Below are positions 38,911 to 49,587 of a DNA stretch of 61,713 nt, piece after piece. A program made the position numbers and the translations under genes. Each line of letters opens with the position of its first letter. The first letter of the stretch is position 1. The DNA is from Nemertoderma westbladi (lineage: Eukaryota > Animalia > Xenacoelomorpha): contig JAUCBJ010009025.1 in NCBI GenBank assembly GCA_032718475.1, positions 1 to 61,713 on the forward strand, read 5' to 3'. Under the pieces are notes generated by a model. It did no database searches, had not been told where the DNA came from, and was given only the letters and a program-made list of their open reading frames with translations.

Positions 38911-41900
38911 TCTTTATCGGCCCGAACATATCCACACCGCAGTGCGTGAATGGCGGGTCGTGCCGTCTCACCCTACTGGCCGGTAATGGCACCATTTCCT
39001 GTATGGCCCGCTCCTTCTTCGCCCGTCTGCAGGTTTGGCACTGCCCCACTACCGCCTTTACCTTCTTTCTTAGCTGTTTGACCCAAAAGGTCCTTCGTAT
39101 CTCCGTGAGGGTTCGGTTGGTGCCCCCATGCAATATCGACTTGTGAGAGTCCCAGATAATCTGGTGGACAATCAGCGATCCATTAGGGATGATGATGGGC
39201 TTTGGCGGAATGATAATACTGTTGTTATTCGACACCCTAGAGTTCATTACTAAGATCCCGTCATCATTGAGTTGTGGCGACAGCGCGATCAGCTCACTGT
39301 CCCGTCGGAGATGCTGTTGTTTACCGACGCGTTCCACCTCGTCGCCGTAATTCTTTCTCTGTTCGTAGCGGATAACGGCTTTGGCCGCTCCCTCCAAATC
39401 GATGGTTGTTCTAATTTTTACGTCTTTGCCGACTCCCCTGAGGAAATCCCCGAAGGCTCTCTAGTACGCCACTAACTTCTTGGTCTTGTACCAACTAGAG
39501 CTGTAGCTAAGGAGTTTGTCCATCGGGTTATCGCACAGATCTTCCGATTTTGGTTGCACGTCCCTTATCTCCCTCACCATCTGGCTGTATATTTCCTCAC
39601 CTTCTGAATCTCCTCCCTCTTCCTCTAATGCTACTTCCCCTGAGCCTGGGTCCACCTTCCTCATCGGCGGCCAGGCTGCTCTATTGTTCAGGAATTGCGG
39701 CCCGTGCTGCCACAATACTTCCTTTCTTAAGAAAGTGTGGCGTGCTACGCCCCTCGATAACAAGTCCGCTGGGTTCTCGTCCGTTGGGCAGTAGTGCCAC
39801 CTTTCTAACTCTGTGGTCGCCCTTATTTCGTCCACCCTGTTTGCGACGAATATAGGGTATCTCGTCCTTTTGTTATGTAGCCAACCAAGCACTACCATGG
39901 AATCCGTCCAGTAGTGTGTCTCCACTATGTCGGGAATAGCGTCCATCAGGTAGGCTGTGGCCCTAACTCCTAACCTCGCAGCTGTCAACTCGAGTTTCGG
40001 AAGTGATGCTGAATCTGGTGGCGTTGACTTCGCTTTGCTGAATGCGAGTCTGGGCTTGTGAGCCCCCTCTCATTGCACTAAGTAGAGTGCCGCTCCGTAT
40101 TCCTCTAATGACGCTTCGGAGAACATGTGCAGATCCAGATTCGTCATGTCCCCATCCGGGAAATACACGCGTGGCATGCTGTATGTTCCCATCTGCTCTA
40201 AACTCTCTGTCCACTTGCTCCATTGCTTGCTGATCTCCTCCGGGACCTCTGTGTCCCAATCCTCCTTCAGTTTGTATACTTTCTTGAGTATCTGTTTCCC
40301 CGTGACTAGTAATGGGGATGCTAGGCCTAGGGGATCGTATATCCTTGCTATGTACGACACGTAGCCCCTCTTTGTGTAGATGTCTGCGCCCTCTTGGCTC
40401 AACTGGTATTTCAGTTCGTCTGTCTCTCGGTTCCACACGATCCCTAGTGCCTTCTGTTGGGACTCTACTCTCTTGTTCGCCATGTCCTGTCCCTTGGCTG
40501 TCGTGGGATTATCCATGGTCGACTCTGGCCTCCTGTCCTCTATGGCCTTCATGAACTCTTGCGAGCTGGATTAGAACTTGGTTAGGTTAAAGCCGGATCC
40601 TTTAAGGATGTCGCGAACCTCACGCCCTGTGTCCAGTAATTCCTTAACCGTGTTTCCAGACTCCATCCCGTCGTCTACATAGAAACCGCGTCGAATCATA
40701 TCGACGGCTTTGGCGCTGTATTTATCTTCCTTCCCTTTTACCGTGTCTCTTACGGCCACAGTCGTCGTAAATGAAGACGACTTGGCTCCCATATTCTGTA
40801 CTATCATCTTATACATCGGTATGGTCGATGGTTCCTCGTCGCCGTCGTACCATAGGAAGCGCTGACTGTCGCTATCCTCTTTCGTAACACGGACTTGGTT
40901 GAACATGCCTTCGATGTCGCAGGTGAAAGCATGTTTCCCATTCCTGAATCTGAGTAGGACCTCCATCCCTGAGTTGTAGATGTTGGGACCCTCCAGCAGA
41001 TAATCGTTTAGGCACTTGCCATTGGTCTTGGCTGTTGCGTCAACTACCATCCGCAGTTTACCTTTCTTCGGGTCTAGAGCCACGTGGAGTGGCAGGTAAT
41101 AGGTCCTGTCCGTGTTTGGTTCGTCGACTGGTAACTCCACGGCCCATCCTTTCTCGACATACTTCTTAATCGTCTTGTGAATGTACTCATTCTTCTCGGG
41201 GCTCCGTTTTAGCGTCTGCTTCAACTCACGAAGCCTCGTGAGTACCATTCCTTTATTGTCGGGTAGCGGTAGTTTCGGTAGTTTCCATACCATCCCTATG
41301 GTATACCGCCCCTCGTCGCATGTCATCGATTCCTCCACACTTTGTAAAGCCTGCTTGTCTTCTACCGAGGTTCCGACCCCGGTCTCTTTTAATCCCTCAA
41401 AATCCTGTCTGAGCAGTCTCCTGAGCTGCTCCTCCGCTCCCTCATCTCACATTTCTCGCATAGTTCCCGCGAACATGCATCCTGATGTCTCCGACATCCT
41501 AAACGGTATTTTGCTCCTGATTGGGCCACTCAGCGTCCACCCGAATGGTGTTAAAATCGCCACCGGGTCACACTGCCTGTCTTCACCGAAGACCGTTTGC
41601 ATTCTCACGTGGGCCGTCGGGCAGTCCATTCCTACTATAATGGATACCTTCCTAACGTCCACCTCTGGGATTGAGAAGTCGATACTGTCCAGGAATTTAT
41701 ATTGTTTGACCTCGATTGTTGGTTGGCCACCTGGCGTTGATATTTATCGACTCTATCACCTGGATGGGGTCGATGGTCGCCCCATAGTCGCATCCCGGTG
41801 CTATCGCTGCTATTGCGCACCGTCCAGTCCTCATCTCCAGGACCTCATCTTTGATGGAGATGGTTGTTACCGCCATTCTACTTGGCCTCGTTCTCAATCC

Positions 41901-42414
41901 TATCTCTTCGGCCACCCAATCCTCAACCAAGGTGAAGGCTGCTCCACTGTCGACCAGCATCAGTGTGGTTACTGATCGATTGCCTTCCCCGATTATCCTT
42001 ACTGGTACTACCCCAAGTAGTACAGTTCCTCTCTTCTTTGCCCCTACGGTGCTCGTTGCCATCGTCTGACCTTTACTTTGACCGAACTTAATTGGCGTTT
42101 CCTTGCATTGGTTAGCTCTATGTCCACCAAGGACATAGAGCTAACCAATGCAAGGAAACGCCAATTAAGTTCGGTCAAAGTAAAGGTCAGACGATGGCAA
42201 CGAGCACCGTAGGGGCAAAGAAGAGAGGAACGGTACTACTTGGGGTAGTATCACACACCGTGAACAGATTTCATTTCTTCTCGCATATTCTACCTGATCT
42301 TCCCTGGGTAGTGCTTGCCAATACCTGCAGTTCATGGTCTGATGAAGTGCATTTGTATGTAATTGGCATTTGCTCTTCGGGTTGTAACCGTCCTTATACA
42401 GTGCGCTGTATATC
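38911..42414 (-). mobile_element. BEL/Pao LTR retrotransposon internal region (gag end, protease, RT, RNase H, integrase start), degenerate
   Basis: LVDSGA, YYLPLH, CDIEGMFNQV, FYVDD, IYDPLG, WTDSMVVLGW, NPADLLSRG, H..LHGG..CQTC, GVDMFGP. Confidence 0.93.
42006..42250. repeat. Fold-back palindrome: 120-bp arms, 5-nt loop, one mismatch
   Basis: 42006-42125 is the reverse complement of 42131-42250 around ACCAA. Confidence 0.95.
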
Positions 42415-43400
42415 AGTAGTAGGCTAAACAACGTGTTTGAGACAGCGTCTGCCATAGTCTACCATGTTAAAGAATTTGCCGAACGGCTCTTGCCCCGCCT
42501 ACTTACTATGATTACTATTGTTGCCCCACCCACTTACTATGGTTACCATGGTTACCATTGTGCATATGTAACATATGTCACCGCTGTGTATATATGTGAC
42601 ATACACGGTATAAGACCAGTTTGCAGGCGTGCCCCGCCTACTTACTATGATTACTATTGTTGCCCCACCCACTTACTATGGTTACCGTGGTTACCATTCT
42701 TGACCCCGCCATGGTTACTATGGTTACCATTGTGCATATGTAACATATGTCACCACTGTGTATATGCGACATATGCGGTATAAGGCCAGTCCACAGACGG
42801 AAGTAATTTAATTAATTCGTGTCTACCGGTCGGCGTTTGACCTTGAACCGCAATAGGTAAAGTGGGCAAACCCATAATATTACACTTTTAATTACAGTTG
42901 CAACAGCTCATCTCCAATTTATTTAATAAAGTCTTTAACATGATAGACTATTACAGACGCAACGACTAAAAAAAGGTGAATAAACACAGACTAACGGCGG
43001 CTCTTTAATGATTTGATTATTCTACTTATGGGGCGAGCCATGAAGTGAGTGATAGCATCGAAGTAAGGTTATAACGCAACAACTAAAAAGGTAAATAAAC
43101 ACAGACTTATGGGGGCGAGCCATGAAGTGAGTGATAGCGTCGAAGTGAGGTTATTGTATTTATACTTATCACTACGCAACAAGTTGCGGGGGGCGAGCCG
43201 TGAAGTGAGTATAAGGTTATAGTATTTATAATATTATTTTAATTTGATTATTCTACCTATGGGGCAAGCCATGAAGTGAGTGATAGCATCGAAGTAAGGT
43301 TATTGTATTCAACTAATGACAGCCACCAATATTACAATTCTATAGTTATTGCTAAGCAACTAGTTGTGGGGCGAGCCGTGAAGTGATTATTGTTATTATA
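42415..43400. repeat. Left terminal/subterminal repeat region of the Polinton
   Basis: ~140-bp repeats at ~42492 and ~42631; GGGGCGAGCC(A/G)TGAAGTGA-type units at ~43030, 43112, 43190, 43261, 43368. Confidence 0.8.
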
Positions 43401-43698
43401 ATAATTTTCGAAATTATTACTTACATTAATTTTCGGTAGGTGGTGGTGGTATATAGGCGCTATCGGTGAGTTGTCTTATCGCCGTCCGATGCCAACATAA
43501 GTTTTAATTGCCAATAATTCTGTTATACAGTGATTTGATGAAAAAATAGGTCGAGCCATGAATCGAACGAAGCCTTAGAATATGGGTACCCGCGCGGCGC
43601 GGAGTGAGCAAAGCCTTTAGCGTGTGGGTACTATTGTTGAATTTTGGCAATTATTTATTGTTATTATATTAATTGTTGAAATTAAATTATTACTTACA

Positions 43699-44124
43699 TT
43701 AATGTTGGGTGGTAGGTGGCGTCCTTGTTTCCCCCACCATTCTTGGGGGGCAGTCACAAGTTGGGCGGACTACCCCACCAACAATTCTACCTGGTTCTGC
43801 AGGGACTACCCCTTCTTGCGGCGGATCCGGGGGGAACCACGGCGATAAGCCACGACCACGCCCTCGGGGCCGCTTATTTGGAAATACCATGGCAATAGGC
43901 CTAAGAGGCCTACCAATCGCCGGATAAAAATTGATAGGCCTATACAACGCTGCCATCGGCGTATTAGGCCTTCTAAGGGGTTCAATGGTACCCCCGCGAC
44001 TCCCCACACCGTAAGTTTGGGGCACCCTACCGGAAACAGGTATTTGTTGGATGGCGGCTGGATGGACGGGGTTGTTGTCGGTGGCAACCTCCGAGACTGA
44101 TTTATTATCACTGCCTGTAGCCAT
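43699..44124 (-). CDS. Polinton hypothetical Pro/Arg-rich disordered protein (141 aa)
   Basis: GC-rich ATG ORF preceded by an AT-rich leader; RPRGRGRG motif. Confidence 0.5.
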   Translation of the reverse strand: MATGSDNKSVSEVATDNNPVHPAAIQQIPVSGRVPQTYGVGSRGGTIEPLRRPNTPMAALYRPINFYPAIGRPLRPIAMVFPNKRPRGRGRGLSPWFPPDPPQEGVVPAEPGRIVGGVVRPTCDCPPRMVGETRTPPTTQH

Positions 44125-44658
44125 TATATGTTTTTGTTTATAATAATTTAATAATGTAACTTTATAATAATTTAATAATGTAATTAATAATAAAGTGAAT
44201 TCGGTATCGCTATTCCCGATGTTAATATAGTAAATAAACTATAACAGAACTAGCTAATTATCTACGCTTCAGCTTCGTATCTATATATGGTTTATTTCTT
44301 TTGTGAAACCAGCCACATATGCGAGTAAATTGAACCCAGACCTTTGATTGTCGTTAGAGCGTTTAATTATTGTCTAATGTGCGTAGCGTGGATTGAGATT
44401 CTGGCCTTTGTGTTAACTGCGTAGGTTGGGCGGCAGATGCTTGTTATATAACGGAAAGAGTTGGGTCCCAATGTGCTCTATACCAATTATTACGGTGTGA
44501 AGACCCCAACCCGCGTCACTTGTCGTGTCCCATATATTTATTAAAAATATTGCTATTACTATATACCCAAGAAATAAATATTTATTATTAATTAATATTA
44601 GCGCTAATAATATGTTCACGCACCGCAATTGAATATACCCATAACCGAAATAAATAAA

Positions 44659-45102
44659 TTATTTTATTAATGAAAGTGTCCACAGTAATAACAATAAATC
44701 ATTGTACCGCAAATTAGAGGTGAATATATTCATTGCTCCAGGATTTTTCGGCACCTCGGTTAAATAATACAGACAAAATAGACCACACTGAGTCGATTGC
44801 GGCGCTTGAAATATTTCACGATTCCAAGTATGCCTTTGGGTATATTTATGCAACCAATATGATATTTTTGGCGGAGGAGCTTTACCAAACGAATCTAAAT
44901 AATAAGCAATTCTCTTAACCACGCGTACGCAAGACCAGTGTTGCCCTGGTAGGCCTATACGTTGATTATTAATAATAAATGAATAATTTTGTTTATGCTT
45001 ATTTTTTTTTTTTGCATGTATTAGGTGTAATTGGTCGATTGCGTAAACACCAATGTATTCGGGCCCCACCGGGAATTTCGCTAATTGTATAGAGTCCAAC
45101 AT
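44659..45102 (-). CDS. Adenain-like cysteine maturation protease
   Basis: GQHW, YYLDSFG, Q...STQCGLFCLYYL (His/Asp/Cys triad); ATG at 45102. Confidence 0.93.
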   Translation of the reverse strand: MLDSIQLAKFPVGPEYIGVYAIDQLHLIHAKKKNKHKQNYSFIINNQRIGLPGQHWSCVRVVKRIAYYLDSFGKAPPPKISYWLHKYTQRHTWNREIFQAPQSTQCGLFCLYYLTEVPKNPGAMNIFTSNLRYNDLLLLLWTLSLIK

Positions 45103-45166
45103 CTTAGCGTGCACGTATCCGCAGGCGGCGCGGCTTCGCTTACTTTGTACTATGCGAGATCTTTAT

Positions 45167-46417
45167 TTATTCAGTTATTATTTCCTTGGCTTCCGAAATA
45201 GATAGAAGAGCGTCATAGCTTGCCATTAATATAACGTTAATAGTGTTATCTAGTGCATTACTAAATTTCAGAATCAAATGCCCGCTTGTATGAATACTAG
45301 GTTGAATCTTATGGCTTTGGTCGCCTCCCGCAGTAAGATCGAATACGATCAAAGGAAATTGGGTACGAAACCGTTCTGGTGTTAGCGAGCAAAATACGCC
45401 ACTCAAGCTCTTGAACACGTTCATTAAACTTTCGAATTCCAACATAAAATTGTTTTCCAGAAAGTTAGGGCGATATGGATATCCGTGTATAATACGGGAG
45501 TCGATGTTTAGTTCGGCATAATTTAAACCGAAATGGTTAAAATGTAGCGGATTACTGCTTAATTCCCCGTTGAAGCTGGCGTTGGTAAGCATTCCAACCA
45601 AAATATACTTAGGTAATTTTCCTTGGATTATGTTCGATTCTGTATAACTGGACTGCCCGCCACCAATAGTGAAGGTTTTCACTTCTTGTTTTAACAAGTT
45701 ATAAATAAAGTCATTTTTTTGTGACCCCAACAAATGCGCGCGCATAACCTCGGCATCAATCTTGTGGCGTTTTATTTTTAAATTAATATTCATGATTTCA
45801 ACTCTTGGGTTTACCAATCCTGCGGGGGGTTCAACTTTCAAAAAAAAATTATTCGATACTCGGTCTATACGAAGTCGAATGTTAATTCCCGGCGGCAGTA
45901 ATTTGTCCTGGCTTGCCAGGTCTAAAAAAATTGGGGCCACAACGAATTTAACATAATTCCCGCGAACGTCATTCTCAGTAGCGACAGGTACCCCACCTAG
46001 ATTATTATCAGTATCTTCATACCCACCAGCTCTTAAAATACTGCGTTTTTCGTTAGCATCTGTCAACAGTAATGTCTGAAACGTAGACTTATAGGCGTAG
46101 AACCCATTCGAGGTTTCAACTAGCTTTTCATTTAAATATAACGAACAATTTTCAAATAGTGACCCACCCGGGTAATTAAGATGGTGGAGGGTTGTATCGT
46201 CGTTAGCCCTATTACCATCCCATGTAATTTTATATTTAATGTGAAATTTCGAATTCTTTAAATCAGTATATAGAACATTTGACTGGGGTATAAAGAACTC
46301 GATTTGCCGGGCATTCGCGTCAAGAGTAGAAATCGGGTAGATATCCGAAAAATGTGAAGATGTATATTCTCGCTGATTTGTTTTACTTGAGAATAATGAT
46401 AATTCTAATTTACTCAT
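45167..46417 (-). CDS. Major capsid protein (double jelly-roll)
   Basis: ELSLF...YPIS...IEFFIP...YTDL, LFENCSLYLN, YAYK, QDKLLPPG, GKLPKYILVG, NPLHFNH, FDLT, as in Maverick MCPs; 416 aa. Confidence 0.9.
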   Translation of the reverse strand: MSKLELSLFSSKTNQREYTSSHFSDIYPISTLDANARQIEFFIPQSNVLYTDLKNSKFHIKYKITWDGNRANDDTTLHHLNYPGGSLFENCSLYLNEKLVETSNGFYAYKSTFQTLLLTDANEKRSILRAGGYEDTDNNLGGVPVATENDVRGNYVKFVVAPIFLDLASQDKLLPPGINIRLRIDRVSNNFFLKVEPPAGLVNPRVEIMNINLKIKRHKIDAEVMRAHLLGSQKNDFIYNLLKQEVKTFTIGGGQSSYTESNIIQGKLPKYILVGMLTNASFNGELSSNPLHFNHFGLNYAELNIDSRIIHGYPYRPNFLENNFMLEFESLMNVFKSLSGVFCSLTPERFRTQFPLIVFDLTAGGDQSHKIQPSIHTSGHLILKFSNALDNTINVILMASYDALLSISEAKEIITE

Positions 46418-46426
46418 TTTGTTAAG

Positions 46427-46954
46427 TTACATAAAAATATCGCGGCATTTATTATTTCGCTTTTTACGTTTGCGCCCAACGTTCATACCCACACTTGGGT
46501 GTCGTCGTTTCCCGCTCCTCTTTTTTTTACTTTTCGGGTTTGTAAATTCATTGTATACCCGTTGGGCGATTTGGCGAGTCTTTGGATGAGGTTCTAACCG
46601 CTCGGCCACTTTATTTATCAAATCATCTGCTTTACTGCGTAAAATACGTTTTCCTTCCGGTATTATGTATTTCCGTGCTACTTTCGCTGCTTTGGGGAGT
46701 GCCTTAGTTAGCACCTTTCTCCCTAACTTGCGGGCTAATATACCCAGACCAGTTGTTAATATTCCGCGTCCGCGCTGGCGATTTTGGGTGTATCGCCGCC
46801 CGAATTTATTATTCTTATTATTCCATATACCAGTAGATGGGCCAAACACCGGGAGAATGCTTCCACCCTTAAAAACGGGTATATCGCTATAATTCCCGCT
46901 TCCCAGTTGGATTTGTGGGGTGCTATATAATTTAAACAAATCAGAATCTGACAT
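46427..46954 (-). CDS. Basic virion core / membrane-active protein candidate (PM-like)
   Basis: QRGRG followed by an amphipathic helix, Lys/Arg-rich tail ending DIFM, directly upstream of MCP. Confidence 0.7.
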   Translation of the reverse strand: MSDSDLFKLYSTPQIQLGSGNYSDIPVFKGGSILPVFGPSTGIWNNKNNKFGRRYTQNRQRGRGILTTGLGILARKLGRKVLTKALPKAAKVARKYIIPEGKRILRSKADDLINKVAERLEPHPKTRQIAQRVYNEFTNPKSKKKRSGKRRHPSVGMNVGRKRKKRNNKCRDIFM

Positions 46955-46960
46955 TATTAT

Positions 46961-47264
46961 GAGTATTTATTATAACATATAATAATAATTCTTTACTACA
47001 TACGTATATGTGTAATCTACAAATATAAGTAGCATATAATAACGCAATAATTAATTATATATACATTAATTCGACGACAACCATTTCCCATAACCAACCG
47101 CGAGTTTCGCAGGAGTATTTATTATAACATATAATAATAATTCTTTACTACATACGTATATGTGTAATCTACAAATATAAGTAGCATATAATAACGCAAT
47201 AATTAATTATATATACATTAATTCGACGACAACCATTTCCCATAACCAACCGCGAGTTTCGCAG
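46961..47264. repeat. 152-bp perfect tandem duplication
   Basis: GAGTATTTATTATAACAT...CGAGTTTCGCAG at 46961 and 47113. Confidence 0.95.
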
Positions 47265-47814
47265 AACAATAATTAAAACAAAAATCACTATTATCAGAAT
47301 GGTAGGCACAATTTGTTATTGCCGAAAAATCGTGAAAAAGGCATTTGGTGTCATAATCAACATATTTTTCGTTTATGCCGTACGTTTCTAGAAGTGTTCC
47401 ATTCACATTAAATTCATTTTTTAAAATAAATAATTTCGGTATTCCGCGTATTAATATTTGAAACCCCAACCGTTTTTTTTCTTGTAACCATTCCTGTATG
47501 TACATTTTAAATGCGCTTTGGTCCATAAATCCGTAGTCAAAATTAATGTGATGCGTAATATTGGCGAGTTGTGTGAGACGGTCGTATTCGCTTAAACTTA
47601 AAATTTTTGCAGGTGGACCATTAATAAACCATACGTTTTCTAATGATTTGATGGTAGTATTATAAGCCGCAAACTCTTTAAAATAAATGGTTGCAACGGG
47701 GTGTTGGTCGATCTGCGGAAGATGCGTATAATATTGGAAATCTACTATTATTCCCGGGTTTTCCAGCGTCGGGTAATAATCACGCCCACGGCTGCGACTT
47801 AGAAATTTATCCAT
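47218..47814 (-). CDS. DnaQ/Maelstrom-like RNase H-fold protein (198 aa)
   Basis: IIVDFQ..FKEFA..HHINFDYG..IRG.PK..CAYH..C pattern; fold inferred. Confidence 0.5.
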   Translation of the reverse strand: MDKFLSRSRGRDYYPTLENPGIIVDFQYYTHLPQIDQHPVATIYFKEFAAYNTTIKSLENVWFINGPPAKILSLSEYDRLTQLANITHHINFDYGFMDQSAFKMYIQEWLQEKKRLGFQILIRGIPKLFILKNEFNVNGTLLETYGINEKYVDYDTKCLFHDFSAITNCAYHSDNSDFCFNYCSAKLAVGYGKWLSSN

Positions 47815-47888
47815 ATAGTCGCTATAACTTCAGATAATCAGATAATAATAAATAATAAATAATTTACATCGATTAAATTGTGACTATC

Positions 47889-48692
47889 TCAATCAATTCG
47901 TATAAAATGAAGCGTCAATATTGAATTTCCATAATGAAAGCGCAACAAATTTCCGGAATCTCCAATCAATCGAACTCGTATATAACGTAAATTAGATGTT
48001 GAATTAACTTTTTTATAGTAGACTTCCTCAACTTCACGACTAATAATTTGCCCATATTCCCCTTCTATGGGTATGCTACGCAACAGAGGGTATTCGCTAT
48101 TGTCTACAAATTGAGGTTCGACGCAATTGATATGTATATTTATGTTGGGTTCCAGTATTTCGACAGCATTAGGATGCTTATGGCAGTCGTACTTATTATT
48201 CCGCGAATCAATCCTTAGCAAGTGATAATCCCCCGCAGCATTTTGCACACACATAAAACCTTTGCCATCAACCTCGTGTTCTGTTAATCCTAGGTAACCA
48301 CCCAAACGTTTACTGACAAATATCGACAACTGTTTACCTTTAAAATGTATGGTTATATTACCAGAGCGTGCTGTATTATCAATTATATTAATTTGGCCTT
48401 TAATAAGGCTTTTGTTGAAGTACTCAATGATCCTTTCCAATGATAGGAAAGTTCCTTCGGGGAGAGTAACATCTCTTGTAAACATTTTTTTATTTTTTAT
48501 GGCCTTTATATAAATGTCGCTATTGTCATACCTGATACTAGATACGTACGTTATACCGGTTAAACCTATTAACCATTGCCCTTTAGCGAAAGGTAAAGGA
48601 ATTTGCAAATTTGTTTGGAAATCGCTGGCGCTATTACGCGGGAATTCTATGGGGTTTGCGTTTGAGGGTAGTACAACGTAATAACTGTTCAT
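47889..48692 (-). CDS. Minor capsid (penton) protein, copy B
   Basis: YYVVLPSN..FPRNSASDF..W.IGL..ITY ... PLLRSIP..YYKKV..IRVRL..ILTLHF. Confidence 0.85.
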   Translation of the reverse strand: MNSYYVVLPSNANPIEFPRNSASDFQTNLQIPLPFAKGQWLIGLTGITYVSSIRYDNSDIYIKAIKNKKMFTRDVTLPEGTFLSLERIIEYFNKSLIKGQINIIDNTARSGNITIHFKGKQLSIFVSKRLGGYLGLTEHEVDGKGFMCVQNAAGDYHLLRIDSRNNKYDCHKHPNAVEILEPNINIHINCVEPQFVDNSEYPLLRSIPIEGEYGQIISREVEEVYYKKVNSTSNLRYIRVRLIGDSGNLLRFHYGNSILTLHFIRID

Positions 48693-49573
48693 TCTTGTAG
48701 TTTTTGTCGCCGTTGTTGTTTTTTGAGTTCTAGAACTAAAATTGTTTTACCCCCATGAAAGACTATATGCTTTCCTTTATGGTCGCGAAGCGTTATACTA
48801 ATTGTGTCGAGCACTTTTTTATTTCTTAATTGTTTGTAATGTGTGTTTTTGAATTCCAGGTTGATGAATGAGTATGGTTCCCATTTCAAAGGGATTATCC
48901 GCAAAAGAGGCGCCATCGAATGTCCTACGTGAGAAGATTCAATCATATCTGTATATATAAACATTGTGTGTCTATCCCTCGTTATATCGCAAGGTTCGGG
49001 GAATTCAACTCCATCCGCTTTGTTTGTATCTTTACAGCCTAAGTTCAATAAATCATCATCTTTGTTATAGTGTATTGCCCAAAGCGCCCCAAGACCCATT
49101 AAATTATTTTTTAAACTCGATAACCCGAAAATATTTATTATATCTCCATAGAATTGGAAATAGCGGCCTTTCTCACAATGTAGACGAATTTTTGATGTAT
49201 GTTTTTGGTAGTTAAACTTAACATCTTTGAAACCGTGGTGGGATATTGCGGGATTTTTCAAATAAACACTAATATGGTTTAAAATTGACTCAATAGAAGC
49301 ATATAGACCAAGATTAAAATCGATTTCTATAAGATTGTATGGAGCTATATGAAATTCCAAATCCTCATCAACCATATATTCACCAATTCTAATTCCAGAT
49401 CTTTGCTCAATATTTCTATAGGTCGACACATACTGTATTTCCTTTAGACCCACGACCCAATCTGTGCTGACGGGGATAGGTTTGGACAACTCAATCGTGA
49501 AATCGCTGGGAGTGTTATCAGGATATTTATCTAGACTGGCGTTGGAAGTCAACGTTAAATGTAAGTAATCCAT
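48689..49573 (-). CDS. Minor capsid (penton) protein, copy A
   Basis: LTLTSNAS..YPDNTPSDF..W.VGL.EIQY ... FIYTDMI..VG..APLLRII..HY..TISITLRD..G. Confidence 0.9.
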   Translation of the reverse strand: MDYLHLTLTSNASLDKYPDNTPSDFTIELSKPIPVSTDWVVGLKEIQYVSTYRNIEQRSGIRIGEYMVDEDLEFHIAPYNLIEIDFNLGLYASIESILNHISVYLKNPAISHHGFKDVKFNYQKHTSKIRLHCEKGRYFQFYGDIINIFGLSSLKNNLMGLGALWAIHYNKDDDLLNLGCKDTNKADGVEFPEPCDITRDRHTMFIYTDMIESSHVGHSMAPLLRIIPLKWEPYSFINLEFKNTHYKQLRNKKVLDTISITLRDHKGKHIVFHGGKTILVLELKKQQRRQKLQE

Positions 49574-49587
49574 AATAATATAATTAA

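Noticed and set aside
42433-42783. Tyr/Cys-rich 116-aa ORF
   Set aside because: It is a translation of the Polinton terminal tandem repeats and has no ATG at the annotated start
44413-44628. Small hydrophobic ORF after the protease
   Set aside because: No in-frame ATG; the hydrophobicity is explained by AT-richness
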